From assembly GCA_963773115.1 (NCBI GenBank), contig CAVYZZ010000006.1, forward strand, positions 66,508-130,507: a stretch of 64,000 bases of DNA, read 5' to 3'. Every line of letters starts with the position of its first letter. Positions within the stretch are counted from its first letter, which is position 1. Shown piece after piece: positions 39,843 through 49,823 of this stretch. The notes below the pieces were generated by a model. It saw only the letters and a program-made list of their open reading frames with translations. It ran no database searches and had not been told where the DNA came from. This DNA comes from an uncultured Alphaproteobacteria bacterium (GTDB lineage: Bacteria; Pseudomonadota; Alphaproteobacteria; Rhizobiales; Xanthobacteraceae). A program made the position numbers and the translations under genes.

Positions 39843-40059
39843 GGCGCGGTTCACCCTTTTTGGTCAGTTTGGACAACCGCGACTGTCCCATATTGGTTGC
39901 GCGCCAGCTGCGGTTCCGGAAACTATAGATAAGGAATTATGACTTGGGGGCAGCCGCCCGCGCGGCTAAAACCCTCTCCCGATTGGTGTTTCACCCCCTC
40001 TATTCCATGCCTATAGTCCCACTTCGAAAAACCTTCGATAAACACTGAAAGCCTGCGGT

Positions 40060-41478
40060 ATGGCCGACACTTCCTTCGACGTCCTCATCATCGGCTCCGG
40101 CCCCGGCGGCTATATCACCGCCATCCGCGCGGCCCAGCTCGGCTTCAAGACCGCCATCGTCGAGCGCGACTATCTCGGCGGCATCTGCCTGAACTGGGGC
40201 TGCATCCCGACCAAGGCGCTGTTGCGCTCGGCCGAAATCTACCACTACCTGCAGCACGCCAAGGACTACGGGCTGACGGTCGACAAAGTCGGCTACGACC
40301 CGACCGCGATCGTCAAGCGCTCGCGCGCGGTCGCCAAGCGGTTGAACGACGGCGTCGGCTTCCTGATGAAGAAGAACAAGGTCGCGGTGATCTGGGGCGA
40401 AGCTTCGATCGACGCGCCTGGCAAGGTCACGGTGAAGCCGTCGAAGAGCGAGGCGCCGAAAGGCGCGCTCGGGCCGGGCGCCTATCAGGCCAAACACATC
40501 ATCCTTGCCACCGGTGCGCGCCCGCGCGTGCTGCCGGGTCTCGAGCCGGACAAGAAACTGATCTGGACGTATTTCGAGGCCATGGTGCCGCCGTCAATCC
40601 CGAAGTCGCTGCTGGTGATCGGCTCAGGTGCCATCGGCATCGAGTTCGCCTCGTTCTTCCGTAATTTCGGCGCCGACGTCACCGTGGTCGAAGTGCTGCC
40701 GCAGATCCTGCCGGTCGAGGACCATGAGATACAAGCCTTCGCCCGCAAGAGCTTCGAGAAGCAAGGCATCAAGATTTACACCAATGCCAAAGTCACCAAG
40801 CTCGACAAGAAAGCCGACAGCGTCACCGCGACCATCGAAGAAGGCGGCAAAAGCCAGACCATCACGGTCGAGCGCGTCATTTCCGCCGTCGGCGTCACCG
40901 GCAATATTGAGAACCTCGGCCTGGAAAAGCTCGGCGTGAAGACCGAGCGCGGCATTGTCGTGGTCGACCAATACAACAAAACCAGTGTCCCCGGCATCTA
41001 CGCCATCGGCGATGTCTCCGGCCCGCCCATGCTGGCGCACAAGGCCGAGCACGAAGGCGTCGTCTGCATCGAGGCCATCAAGGGCCTCAATCCGCATCCG
41101 ATGAACAAATTGATGATCCCCGGCTGCACCTATTGCACGCCGCAGGTTGCTTCCGTCGGCCTCACCGAGCAGGCTGCCAAGGACAAGAAACTCGATATCC
41201 GCGTCGGCCGCTTCCCCTTCATCGGCAACGGCAAGGCCATCGCGCTCGGCGAGGATCAGGGCCTGGTGAAGGTGATCTTCGACAAGAAGACCGGGCAACT
41301 GCTCGGCGCCCATATGGTCGGTGCCGAAGTCACCGAACTGATCCAGGGTTATGTCGTGGCCATGAACCTGGAGACCACTGAAGAAGAATTGATGCACACG
41401 GTCTTCCCGCATCCCACGCTTTCGGAGATGATGAAGGAAGCGGTGCTCGACGCCTATGGGCGCGTGCTGAATATGTAA
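40060..41478 (+). CDS. lpdA: dihydrolipoyl dehydrogenase (E3)
   Basis: 472-aa ORF. VLIIGSGPGGY, redox-active GGICLNWGCIPTK, C-terminal HPTLSE. Confidence 0.96.
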   Translation: MADTSFDVLIIGSGPGGYITAIRAAQLGFKTAIVERDYLGGICLNWGCIPTKALLRSAEIYHYLQHAKDYGLTVDKVGYDPTAIVKRSRAVAKRLNDGVGFLMKKNKVAVIWGEASIDAPGKVTVKPSKSEAPKGALGPGAYQAKHIILATGARPRVLPGLEPDKKLIWTYFEAMVPPSIPKSLLVIGSGAIGIEFASFFRNFGADVTVVEVLPQILPVEDHEIQAFARKSFEKQGIKIYTNAKVTKLDKKADSVTATIEEGGKSQTITVERVISAVGVTGNIENLGLEKLGVKTERGIVVVDQYNKTSVPGIYAIGDVSGPPMLAHKAEHEGVVCIEAIKGLNPHPMNKLMIPGCTYCTPQVASVGLTEQAAKDKKLDIRVGRFPFIGNGKAIALGEDQGLVKVIFDKKTGQLLGAHMVGAEVTELIQGYVVAMNLETTEEELMHTVFPHPTLSEMMKEAVLDAYGRVLNM

Positions 41479-41521
41479 ATCTGAATATGTGAATTGGCGT
41501 AGAAAGTTTGGGAGGAAGCCG

Positions 41522-42577
41522 ATGGCGAAGTTCAACAATATTCTCGAAACTGTCGGCCGCACGCCGGTGGTCAAGATCACCAAGCTGGGCCCCAAGGGCA
41601 TCAACCTTTACGTCAAGATCGAAGCCTTCAATCCGCTCGGCTCGGTCAAGGACCGCCTGGCGCTCGGCGTCATCGAGGCGGCGGAGAAAGCCGGCCAAAT
41701 CAAGCCGGGCCAGACCGTCATCGAGGCGACCTCCGGCAACACCGGCATCGGGCTTGCCATGGTCTGCGCCGCCAAGGGCTATCCGCTGGTGGTCACCATG
41801 GCCGAAAGCTTCTCGGTCGAACGCCGCAAGCTGATGCGCTTCCTCGGCGCCAAGGTTGTGCTGACGCCGGCGGCTGAGCGCGGCATGGGCATGGTGCTCA
41901 AAGCCCAGGAACTCGCCAAGACGCACGGCTGGTTCCTCACCCGCCAATTCGAAAACGAAGCCAACCCCGACATGCACGAGCGCACCACCGGGCCCGAAAT
42001 CGTCGCGGACTTCAAAGGCGAGAAGCTCGACTACTGGGTCACCGGCTTCGGCACCGGCGGCACGCTCACCGGCGTTTCGCGCGTGCTCGCCAAGGAAATG
42101 CCCGACACCAAGATCGTGGTGTGCGAGCCGGCCGACGCGCCCATGCTCTCGACCAAGTCGCCGCAGCAGCGCAATCCCGACGGCTCGCCGGCCGCTGCCA
42201 ACGCCGCCTTCAAGCCGCACCCGATGCAAGGCTGGAGCCCGGACTTCATCCCGAAGATCACCGCCGAGGCGGTCGATGCCGGCGTCATCGATCGCATCAT
42301 CACCATTGCCGGTGCCGACGCCATGAAATGCAGCCGCGATCTGGCGCAGAAGGAAGGCATCTTCGTCGGCATCACCGCCGGCGGTACTTTTGCCGGCGCG
42401 CTCGAAGTCGCCAAGACGGCCGCGCCGGGCTCGACCATTCTCGCCATGTTGCCCGACACCGGCGAGCGTTATCTGTCCACGCCGCTGTTCGGCGACATCG
42501 GCGCCGACATGAACGACGACGAATTAAAGATTTCCAATTCGACGCCGAACCACCGCATGCCGCCGAAGGCGGCATAG
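41522..42577 (+). CDS. cysK: cysteine synthase A (PLP-dependent)
   Basis: ATG 41522 after GGGAGGAAG gives MAKFNNILETVGRTPVV. PLP lysine in NPLGSVKDR, plus TSGNTGIGLA. It has an internal insertion and a C-terminal tail relative to the minimal CysK I remember. Confidence 0.88.
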   Translation: MAKFNNILETVGRTPVVKITKLGPKGINLYVKIEAFNPLGSVKDRLALGVIEAAEKAGQIKPGQTVIEATSGNTGIGLAMVCAAKGYPLVVTMAESFSVERRKLMRFLGAKVVLTPAAERGMGMVLKAQELAKTHGWFLTRQFENEANPDMHERTTGPEIVADFKGEKLDYWVTGFGTGGTLTGVSRVLAKEMPDTKIVVCEPADAPMLSTKSPQQRNPDGSPAAANAAFKPHPMQGWSPDFIPKITAEAVDAGVIDRIITIAGADAMKCSRDLAQKEGIFVGITAGGTFAGALEVAKTAAPGSTILAMLPDTGERYLSTPLFGDIGADMNDDELKISNSTPNHRMPPKAA

Positions 42578-42597
42578 GCGAGGCGAAGGGGGACACC

Positions 42598-42840
42598 ATG
42601 GGCGTCATCGCCTGGATCATCATCGGCCTGATCGCTGGCTGGCTCGCGCACGTCATCCTGGGCGGGCGCGGCGGCATCTTCGGCAATCTCGCGGTCGGGC
42701 TGATCGGCGCGATCGTAGGCGGCTTTCTGTTCGAGAAGCTCAATCTGCACGTCATGCCCGATTTCTGGGGCAATCTGATTACCGCCACCATCGGCGCCAT
42801 CGTGTTCCTGCTGATCTGGCGCGCGATCCGGCGGGCGTGA
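42598..42840 (+). CDS. GlsB/YeaQ/YmgE (transglycosylase-associated) family small membrane protein
   Basis: 80 aa. MGVIAWIIIGLIAGWLAHVILGGRGGIFGNLAVGLIGAIVGGFLF.... It is the 3' part of track ORF 42121..42840. Confidence 0.8.
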   Translation: MGVIAWIIIGLIAGWLAHVILGGRGGIFGNLAVGLIGAIVGGFLFEKLNLHVMPDFWGNLITATIGAIVFLLIWRAIRRA

Positions 42841-42886
42841 CCGGCCTGACCTTGCGGCGCAACCTCCGCAGCCGTAAGTAAAGGCC

Positions 42887-43837
42887 ATGGCCGTCGTCCT
42901 CGATCTCGTCAACAACCCGCGCCCGCGCCATCCGGAAAAGGCGCACCGGCCGGATTCCGCGCAAGCGAAAAAGCCCGACTGGATCCGCGTCAAGGCGCCG
43001 GTGTCGCCCGGCTATTTCGCCACGCACGCGATCATGCGCGAGAACGGCCTGGTTACCGTGTGCGAGGAGGCCGGCTGCCCCAATATCGGTGAGTGCTGGG
43101 AGAAAAAGCACGCCACCTTCATGATCATGGGCGACACCTGCACGCGCGCCTGCGCCTTCTGCAATGTGAAGACCGGGCTGCCCGGTGCGCTCGACGCCCA
43201 AGAGCCCGAACACGTCGCGCAAGCGACCGCCAAGCTGGGGCTCGCCCACATCGTCGTCACCTCGGTCGACCGTGACGATCTCGCCGACGGCGGCGCTCAA
43301 CATTTCGCCGACACCATCCGCGCCATTCGCAAGGCCTGCCCGCAAACGACGATCGAGGTGCTCACACCCGATTTCCTGCGCAAGGACGGCGCGCTCGAAA
43401 AGGTAGTCGAGGCCAGGCCCGACGTGTTCAACCACAATCTTGAAACCGTGCCTTCGCACTATCTCACGGTGCGGCCGGGCGCGCGCTATTTCCATTCGTT
43501 GCGTCTCTTGCAACGCGTGAAGGAGATCGACCCGGCGATGTTCACCAAATCGGGCATCATGGTGGGCCTCGGCGAAGAACGGAACGAGGTCTTGCAGGTG
43601 ATGGACGACCTGCGCTCGGCCAATGTCGACTTCCTCACCGTCGGGCAATATCTCCAGCCCACGCGCAAGCACCACGAGGTCGTGCGCTTCGTGCCGCCCG
43701 ACGAATTCAGGGCGCTAAAAACCGCCGCCTATGCCAAGGGTTTCCCGATGGTGTCGGCCTCGCCGCTGACGCGTTCCTCGCATCACGCCGGCGACGACTT
43801 CGCTCGGCTCAAAGCGGCGCGGTTGGCAAAGGCCTGA
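42887..43837 (+). CDS. lipA: lipoyl synthase
   Basis: 316-aa [15 protein letters not shown] and the radical-SAM CTRACAFC clusters. Confidence 0.96.
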   Translation: MAVVLDLVNNPRPRHPEKAHRPDSAQAKKPDWIRVKAPVSPGYFATHAIMRENGLVTVCEEAGCPNIGECWEKKHATFMIMGDTCTRACAFCNVKTGLPGALDAQEPEHVAQATAKLGLAHIVVTSVDRDDLADGGAQHFADTIRAIRKACPQTTIEVLTPDFLRKDGALEKVVEARPDVFNHNLETVPSHYLTVRPGARYFHSLRLLQRVKEIDPAMFTKSGIMVGLGEERNEVLQVMDDLRSANVDFLTVGQYLQPTRKHHEVVRFVPPDEFRALKTAAYAKGFPMVSASPLTRSSHHAGDDFARLKAARLAKA

Positions 43838-43855
43838 TTCATTCTGGGGCGGGCG

Positions 43856-44368
43856 ATGCAGCGGGTCTTGGTCGTCGGATGCTCCGGGGCGGGCAAGAGC
43901 ACCCTCGGGTGTCAGTTGGCGATGACGCTCGGTCTGCCACTCATCCATCTCGACCAACATTTTTGGCGCCCCGGGTGGCAAGCGCCTGGCCCGCAAGAAT
44001 GGCGCGAGCAGGTAGTGGCGTTCGCAGGCGAACCGGCTTGGATCATGGACGGCAACTATGCCAACACCTTCGACATCCGCATGCCTCGCGCCGATACCTT
44101 GATCTGGCTTGATCACCCGCGGTCGGTCTGCATGCGCCGCGTCCTGACGCGCACGCTGGCGCAATACGGCCGTACGCGTCCCGACTTGCCGGAAAACTGC
44201 CCCGGACGTTTCGATCTTTCCTTCCTGCGCTACGTCTGGAGTTTCCACAAACAGCAGCGGCCGCGAATTGAAAATGGCATCAAGACGTTTGGAGGCCACC
44301 TGCGTCTGGTCGTCTTGCGTGACGATCGCGACGCGAGTTCATTCTTGGCCAATGCGGGGACTGCCTGA
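43856..44368 (+). CDS. P-loop NTPase, adenylate-kinase/topology-modulation-like (paralog of 18806..19360)
   Basis: 170-aa ORF. Walker A VLVVGCSGAGKST. Shares with 18806..19360 the pattern ...LPL(I/V)(H/D)LD...W... and ...AW(I/V)(M/I)(D/E)G. Its stop overlaps the next ATG (TGATG). Confidence 0.75.
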   Translation: MQRVLVVGCSGAGKSTLGCQLAMTLGLPLIHLDQHFWRPGWQAPGPQEWREQVVAFAGEPAWIMDGNYANTFDIRMPRADTLIWLDHPRSVCMRRVLTRTLAQYGRTRPDLPENCPGRFDLSFLRYVWSFHKQQRPRIENGIKTFGGHLRLVVLRDDRDASSFLANAGTA

Positions 44369-44823
44369 TGCCGCAATTCTCGACGAAGCGCCGCGTCCGC
44401 CACAGCGCATCCAACATGTTCGACCTCGTGGCGGATGTGGAGAATTATCCCGCGTTCGTGCCCATGTGCAGCGCCATGCACGTGCGCCGCGTCACCGACA
44501 AGGGCGAGGGCGTGACCGTGATGGTCGCGGCCATGACGGTCGCCTACAAGATGATCCACCAGACCTTCACGAGCCGGGCGACCCTCGACAAGCCCAACTT
44601 GAAGATCCTGGTGGAATATCTCGACGGCCCGTTCAGCCGCATGCAGAACCGCTGGGCTTTCTATCCGCAAGGCGATAACGCCTGCGACGTCGAGTTTTTC
44701 ATCGACTACGAATTCAGGAGCCGCACGCTGGCCGCGCTGATGGGCGCCGTGTTCGATACCGTGTTCCGCCGTATGGCGGTCGCCTTCGAGCATCGCGCCG
44801 ACAAAGTCTACGGCAAGGCTTGA
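44368..44823 (+). CDS. SRPBCC-fold protein, RatA/COQ10-like
   Basis: 151-aa ORF. ...MFDLVADVENYPAFVPMC.... From memory the position after lipA is typical in Alphaproteobacteria. Confidence 0.8.
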   Translation: MPQFSTKRRVRHSASNMFDLVADVENYPAFVPMCSAMHVRRVTDKGEGVTVMVAAMTVAYKMIHQTFTSRATLDKPNLKILVEYLDGPFSRMQNRWAFYPQGDNACDVEFFIDYEFRSRTLAALMGAVFDTVFRRMAVAFEHRADKVYGKA

Positions 44824-45256
44824 TCGCGCGGTCAGGCGGGAACGTCTTGCTCGCGCGCCGCGTCTCCCGGGACACAAAAATGAACCCGGAGGCTTCCCGG
44901 CACGGATAGGAGCGCACGCCGCTCGGCAACGGTGTGTCCTTGGGCAGATAGGGCACCGTGCACCGCCCGGCCGCGTTGTATGTCCAGGCATGGTAGCAGC
45001 ACTTGATGTGTTCGCCTGCCACGACGCCGCAGCTCAACGGCATCTGCCGATGGGCGCATCGATCCTCCAGCGCAAACACCTTGCCGCTGTCGGGCCGCAC
45101 CAGCGCGATGGGGTCACCGGCGAACGAGGCCGCGATCATGCTGCCGCGCTTGAGGTCCTTTGACCGTGCCACCGGATACCAGAAATCCGGGTTCAGTCCG
45201 ATCCGGCGCAAATCCGGTTCGTTGCCGCGCCGCTCCGGCGGCACTGTCCCATGCAT
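44714..45256 (-). pseudogene. Rieske [2Fe-2S] domain gene, probably a truncated remnant of an oxygenase alpha subunit
   Basis: ATG 45256 after AAGGGGG. FWYPVARSKDL..., Rieske ligands CAHRQMPL ... CCYHAW. After SGFIFV the frame degenerates into an Arg-rich tail that overlaps the 3' end of 44368..44823 by 110 nt. The adjacent frame (PGDAAREQDVPA stop at 44832) looks like the authentic continuation. No catalytic domain follows in either frame. Confidence 0.5.
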
Positions 45257-45410
45257 GTCAGCCCCCTTGACCTGCACGGTTGTCGCCCGCACGCCGGATT
45301 GTCCCATTCAGCCCGGCGATGACGCTAGCAGCTAACGCGCAGGGCCGAAAGTTTCCACTTGTCACGCCGTGGCGTCGTGCTGGCCCCCTTGTATCGTTGC
45401 CACCCTCCGG

Positions 45411-47837
45411 TCAACGACTGCAGTTGACGCGAAGCAGTTTGCAATCGGCGCTGAATTTTGCACACCGATTGATGGCATCTTGCGCTGCGGCCTTGGCTGA
45501 TTGTCCTTTGCCACCGGACCAACTGCCATCGGAGGCGCCCGCCACCGCCCCGCAATACTTGTTGTACCAGATAGCGATTTTGCAGCCTTTATCGCTCCCA
45601 CCGCAGGCAGACAACGCACTACGCTTTGCCTGCGCGCTCGTTCGGTAACCGGAAGCTTCGCCCCAGCGCTTCTCCTTCGGGTTATAGGCGAGCGCTCCGA
45701 AGCCGCGCTGAACGGGACCCATGAGGTCGTCCGTTACTTCGACCTTCGGAGGCGGGCGCGTGATACGATCGAGCGCCTTGCGATAGTCCGCCATGGCCAC
45801 GGATTTTTCGCCCTTTGCCTCGTAGAGCAAGCCGCGGTCGCTGTGGGCGATCGTTAACGATCCATCGCGGCGGATAGCCTCATTGTAGTCGGCAAGCGCC
45901 TTATCGGGTTTGCCGAGAGCTCGGTAAGCTCGGCCGCGCGCAACATATGCGAGAGCATAGTTCGGATTTAGACGAATGGTCTCGTCGAGGTCGTCAACCG
46001 CGCTGTTGTATTTCTTCGTGTCCATAAACACGCTGGCGCGGTTGAAGTATGCGTTGGCGAATTTGGGTGCAAGCTGGATCGCCTTGGCATAGTCGTCGAA
46101 GGCGTGGCTATAGTCCTTCTTGGCGGCATAGGCATTTCCGCGGTTGCTGTAGGCGTTGGCTAGTCTGGGATTGATCTTGATTGCCTCGGTGTAGTCGGCG
46201 ATAGCGCGATCGTTGTCACCTTTGGCCTTGTAGGTTATGCCGCGCTCGACAAAAGCGGCGGCAAGCTTCGGATTGCGCCGGATCGATTCGCTCAAGTCGG
46301 CGATGGCAGTGTCGTAGTCGCGCTTGAGCCTGTAGGCGATGCCGCGCTGGCCGTAGGCAAAGACGAATTTCGGATCGAGCTGGATGACTTTGGTGTATTC
46401 GCTGATGGCGCGGTCGTAGTCGTGCTTGGCCGCATATGCGAGGCCGCGTTGATAGTAGGCCAGGGGATATTTCGGATTTCGCCGGATCCCCTCGCTGAAA
46501 TTCGCGATGGCAAGGTCATAGTCCTTGGCTACGCCCCGGCCGGTATAATGCACCAAGCCCACATTAGCCGCCCCGGCAGCGTCGCCTTTGGCGGCCGCCT
46601 TGCGGAACCACTCCAGGGCCTTGGCGCCATCCTGCGCCACGCCTGTACCGTTCAGATACATCAGGCCGACATTGTTCATCGCCTGCAGATAGCCCGCGTC
46701 GGCTGCCTTGCGATACTCGGTCATCGCCTCGTCAAAGTTTTTGGATTGTTGCAGGGCGCGGCCGAGCTGGAAGTGGAAACGCGGCGTATCGAGATGGGCC
46801 GCGACCGCGGTCCGGCAGGCCGCGATGGCGCGGGCGGAATCAATTTCAGCCATTTGTAGACCCGACGCAACTTTCGACGGATCGTAAGGATGCGCCGCGA
46901 GCCGGTCGCAATCATTGACCGGCAGCGGACCTGACGCCGCCTTCGCAGGCGGAGCAGCGGCCGGCTTCTCCGGCGTTGCCGCCGGCGGAGTCTTGGAAGG
47001 GGCAGGCGGAGGCGGTTGCGGCGGGTTATCAGCGACTGCCGGCGGCACGTCCGCAGGCTTGTCGCCGAAGCGGAATTCTCCGAGCAGCGAGGACGCCACC
47101 CACGGTACCTGCGCGCCGTTGGAGGCGCGCGACACGCCGATGCGGGTGCGATTGAAAATCGCCTCTGCGGTCAGACCCGGTACGTGCAGTTGCTTGATCA
47201 GCTCGGCGGCGAACAGGCCGTTGCCGCCGGAACTTCGTTCGTCGATCAATTTGTTTGGCGCGCTCGAATAGAGAACCAGCGTGCCAACCGGTGTATTAAG
47301 CGGCGCAAGCCCCGCGGCAACGCTGCGAAAGCGGCGCTCGAACGGATTCCTGCGCGCGGCGTCGATGACGACGAGTTTGATCGTGGCGCCTTTGTGGTGC
47401 ATCTCGGCCAGCAACGCGTCAATGTCGACGCCGTCGCGGCGCACGTCACTTTCGGTCCAGATTTGGGCGTCGATCGGAATGAGATAGGTTTGGCGCCGGA
47501 CCTGAAGGCCGAATCCACTGAAATAGAAGATAGCCGTCGTACCTTTTTTAATTTTTCCGGTGAAGGCGTCGATCGCCCGCCGCATGTCCTCCTTGCCGAG
47601 GTTGGTCTTGAGGTCGACGCTGAAATGCAACCGGCGGAATTCTTCCGCCAATGCGGTCGCGTCCTTGGTCGCGTTGGGCAGCGGTGTTTGGGCGTCGGGG
47701 TAGTTCGCATTGCCGATGACCAGCGCGACACGCGCGTCTTGCTGCTGGGCGGGCGCCGACGTGAGCCCGATCAGCGACACGCCGAACAGGCCCAGGCAAA
47801 ACAAGATCAGCCGGCTGGATGCGCGATGCGCCGACAT
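45411..47837 (-). CDS. secreted caspase-fold (peptidase C14-like, dyad substituted) / Sel1 / TPR / Cys-rich C-terminal domain protein
   Basis: ATG 47837 after GGGGAGGA gives MSAHRASSRLILFCLGLFGVSLIGLTSAPA (signal peptide). Caspase-like ALVIGNANY...FYFSGFGLQ...LVVIDAARRNPF, a Pro-rich linker, Sel1-like repeats (GYLQAMNNVGLMYLNGTGVAQD...), about 9 TPRs and a C-terminal Cys-rich domain (GALAYNPKEKRWGEASGY...ALSACG...C...NKYCGAVA...INRCAKFSADCKL) resembling DUF4189 from memory. Confidence 0.85.
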   Translation of the reverse strand: MSAHRASSRLILFCLGLFGVSLIGLTSAPAQQQDARVALVIGNANYPDAQTPLPNATKDATALAEEFRRLHFSVDLKTNLGKEDMRRAIDAFTGKIKKGTTAIFYFSGFGLQVRRQTYLIPIDAQIWTESDVRRDGVDIDALLAEMHHKGATIKLVVIDAARRNPFERRFRSVAAGLAPLNTPVGTLVLYSSAPNKLIDERSSGGNGLFAAELIKQLHVPGLTAEAIFNRTRIGVSRASNGAQVPWVASSLLGEFRFGDKPADVPPAVADNPPQPPPPAPSKTPPAATPEKPAAAPPAKAASGPLPVNDCDRLAAHPYDPSKVASGLQMAEIDSARAIAACRTAVAAHLDTPRFHFQLGRALQQSKNFDEAMTEYRKAADAGYLQAMNNVGLMYLNGTGVAQDGAKALEWFRKAAAKGDAAGAANVGLVHYTGRGVAKDYDLAIANFSEGIRRNPKYPLAYYQRGLAYAAKHDYDRAISEYTKVIQLDPKFVFAYGQRGIAYRLKRDYDTAIADLSESIRRNPKLAAAFVERGITYKAKGDNDRAIADYTEAIKINPRLANAYSNRGNAYAAKKDYSHAFDDYAKAIQLAPKFANAYFNRASVFMDTKKYNSAVDDLDETIRLNPNYALAYVARGRAYRALGKPDKALADYNEAIRRDGSLTIAHSDRGLLYEAKGEKSVAMADYRKALDRITRPPPKVEVTDDLMGPVQRGFGALAYNPKEKRWGEASGYRTSAQAKRSALSACGGSDKGCKIAIWYNKYCGAVAGASDGSWSGGKGQSAKAAAQDAINRCAKFSADCKLLRVNCSR

Positions 47838-47975
47838 CGCATCCTCCCCTACACTGATGCCCGACGAGGCCGTTCCCGCCTGTTTTATTGCTTCGGGTCG
47901 ACCACCAATTTGCAGCTTAACAACGCGTGGAGCGGACCGGAACCCGAAATCGAGTACGTGACGCATCTGCCGCAG

Positions 47976-48470
47976 CTAAATGTGTTCTGCCATCTCGCGC
48001 AACATCGCCAGCGCCGCCAGCACCGACTTCTCGCGCACCGCGCCGCGGCCGATATCGCCGTAGCGCATCTCCTGGTGGGTGAGGGCGCCTCCGCGCGAGG
48101 CGGCGGCGAAATGCACCAGGCCCACCGGCTTGTCGGCGCTGCCGCCGCCAGGGCCGGCGATGCCGGTGATGGCGACCGCAATCTCGGCATTCGAATGGGC
48201 GATGGCGCCGCGCGCCATTTCCTCCGCCGTCTGCCGGCTCACCGCGCCATAGTCGCGCAGCGTTTCGGACGCGACGCCCAGCATCTGCTGCTTGGCCTCG
48301 TCGCTGTAGGTGACGAAGCCGCGGTCGACCACATCGGATGAGCCGGCGATCTCGGTGAGGGCGCCCGCCACCAGCCCGCCGGTGCAGGATTCCGCGGTCG
48401 CCACTTTCAGCTTGCGCGCGCGACAAGCGTCGAGCACGGCGGTGGCGGCGGCGTGCAGCTCGTCGCTCAT
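47976..48470 (-). CDS. CinA-family / nicotinamide-nucleotide amidohydrolase (PncC-like) domain protein
   Basis: ATG 48470 within track ORF 47976..48521. ...KVATAESCTGGLVAGALTEIAGSS...VAITGIAGPGGG. Confidence 0.88.
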   Translation of the reverse strand: MSDELHAAATAVLDACRARKLKVATAESCTGGLVAGALTEIAGSSDVVDRGFVTYSDEAKQQMLGVASETLRDYGAVSRQTAEEMARGAIAHSNAEIAVAITGIAGPGGGSADKPVGLVHFAAASRGGALTHQEMRYGDIGRGAVREKSVLAALAMLREMAEHI

Positions 48471-48480
48471 CGCGCGCCTT

Positions 48481-49656
48481 TCATTCCGAGCCCCAGGGCA
48501 GCCGCACCGTCGCGGTGGCATAGGCCGCGATGCCTTCGCCGCGGCCGGTGAAGCCGAGTTTCTCGCTGGTGGTCGCCTTCACCGCCACGCGCTCGATCGC
48601 GACGCCTGAGAGCTCGGCGATCTTGGCGCGCATGGCGTCGCGGTGCGGGCCGATTTTCGGTGCCTCGCACACCACCGTGACGTCGAGATGGGCGATGCGG
48701 CCGCCGCGCGCGGCCACGCGCTCCACCGCGAATTTGAGGAATCGGTCGGAGGAGGCGCCGCGCCATTGCGGGTCGCTGGGCGGAAAATGCGCGCCGATGT
48801 CGCCCTCGGCCAACGCGCCGAGAACGGCGTCGGTCAGCGCATGCAGCACTACGTCGGCGTCGGAATGCCCGGTGAGCGCTTGCGCGTGCGGAATTCGGAT
48901 ACCGCCGAGCACGACATGATCGCCGGGGCCGAAGGCGTGCACGTCGATGCCGGTGCCGGTGCGCACATCGCCCAAGCGCGTGAACTGCATTGCCTCGGCG
49001 CGCGCGAAGTCGTCGGCATTTGTGATCTTGATATTGCCGGGTTCGCCGTCGAACACGGCGACCTTCATGCCGGCCCATTCGGCGAGCGCGGCGTCGTCGG
49101 TGAAATCCTCGCGGCCTTGTGCCGCCGCCTTGCGATGGGCTGCCAGCAGGGGCGCGAAGGCGAAACCTTGCGGCGTCTGGATGGTGCGCAGCGTTTTGCG
49201 ATCCAGCGTATTGCCGACGAAGCCACCCGCATCGACGCTCTTGACCGTGTCGGTCACAGGCAGTCCCGGCACCGCGGCGCCGGTCTGCTGCGCGGCCGCG
49301 ATCGCGCGCGCGACCAGCGCCCGCGTCGCGAACGGACGCGCGGCATCGTGCACCAGCACGATATCGGGCTTGTTCGGCTCCAGCGCTTCCAGCCCCGCGC
49401 GCACCGAGGCCTGGCGCGTGGCGCCGCCGAAGGCCGGTTTCGGCAGTCGGATCGTGCCCACTGCGGCCGCGTAGAGCTTGAGATCCTCGGGCCTGATCAC
49501 CGGCTGGACCAAGCCGACGTTGGGCGCTTCTACGAGCATTAACAGGGTCCGGCGCAGCATGACCTCGTCGCCAATTCGCCGGAATTGCTTGGGTCTATCC
49601 CCGCCGGCGCGTTCCCCGCGCCCGGCGGCCACCACCACGGCTGCGACGCCCGGCAT
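48481..49656 (-). CDS. ispDF: bifunctional IspD/IspF (MEP cytidylyltransferase / MEcPP synthase)
   Basis: ATG 49656 within track ORF 48481..49923 gives [18 protein letters not shown] (IspD P-loop). IspF half: GTGIDVHAF...[19 protein letters not shown]. Confidence 0.93.
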   Translation of the reverse strand: MPGVAAVVVAAGRGERAGGDRPKQFRRIGDEVMLRRTLLMLVEAPNVGLVQPVIRPEDLKLYAAAVGTIRLPKPAFGGATRQASVRAGLEALEPNKPDIVLVHDAARPFATRALVARAIAAAQQTGAAVPGLPVTDTVKSVDAGGFVGNTLDRKTLRTIQTPQGFAFAPLLAAHRKAAAQGREDFTDDAALAEWAGMKVAVFDGEPGNIKITNADDFARAEAMQFTRLGDVRTGTGIDVHAFGPGDHVVLGGIRIPHAQALTGHSDADVVLHALTDAVLGALAEGDIGAHFPPSDPQWRGASSDRFLKFAVERVAARGGRIAHLDVTVVCEAPKIGPHRDAMRAKIAELSGVAIERVAVKATTSEKLGFTGRGEGIAAYATATVRLPWGSE

Positions 49657-49823
49657 GCTGCTTCTGCTCCCGCTGTTCTCGCTTGGCTTTAGCGCGTTCC
49701 GGCGGGGGAAGGAAATCCTGTGCAAATCCAGCCCGTTCTCGGCAATGAACATTTTTTGCAGTGCAGCACTTGCGCCGCCCAACGGCTTGGCTAAACTATG
49801 TGCATCAGCTGAGGGTCGCCTAA

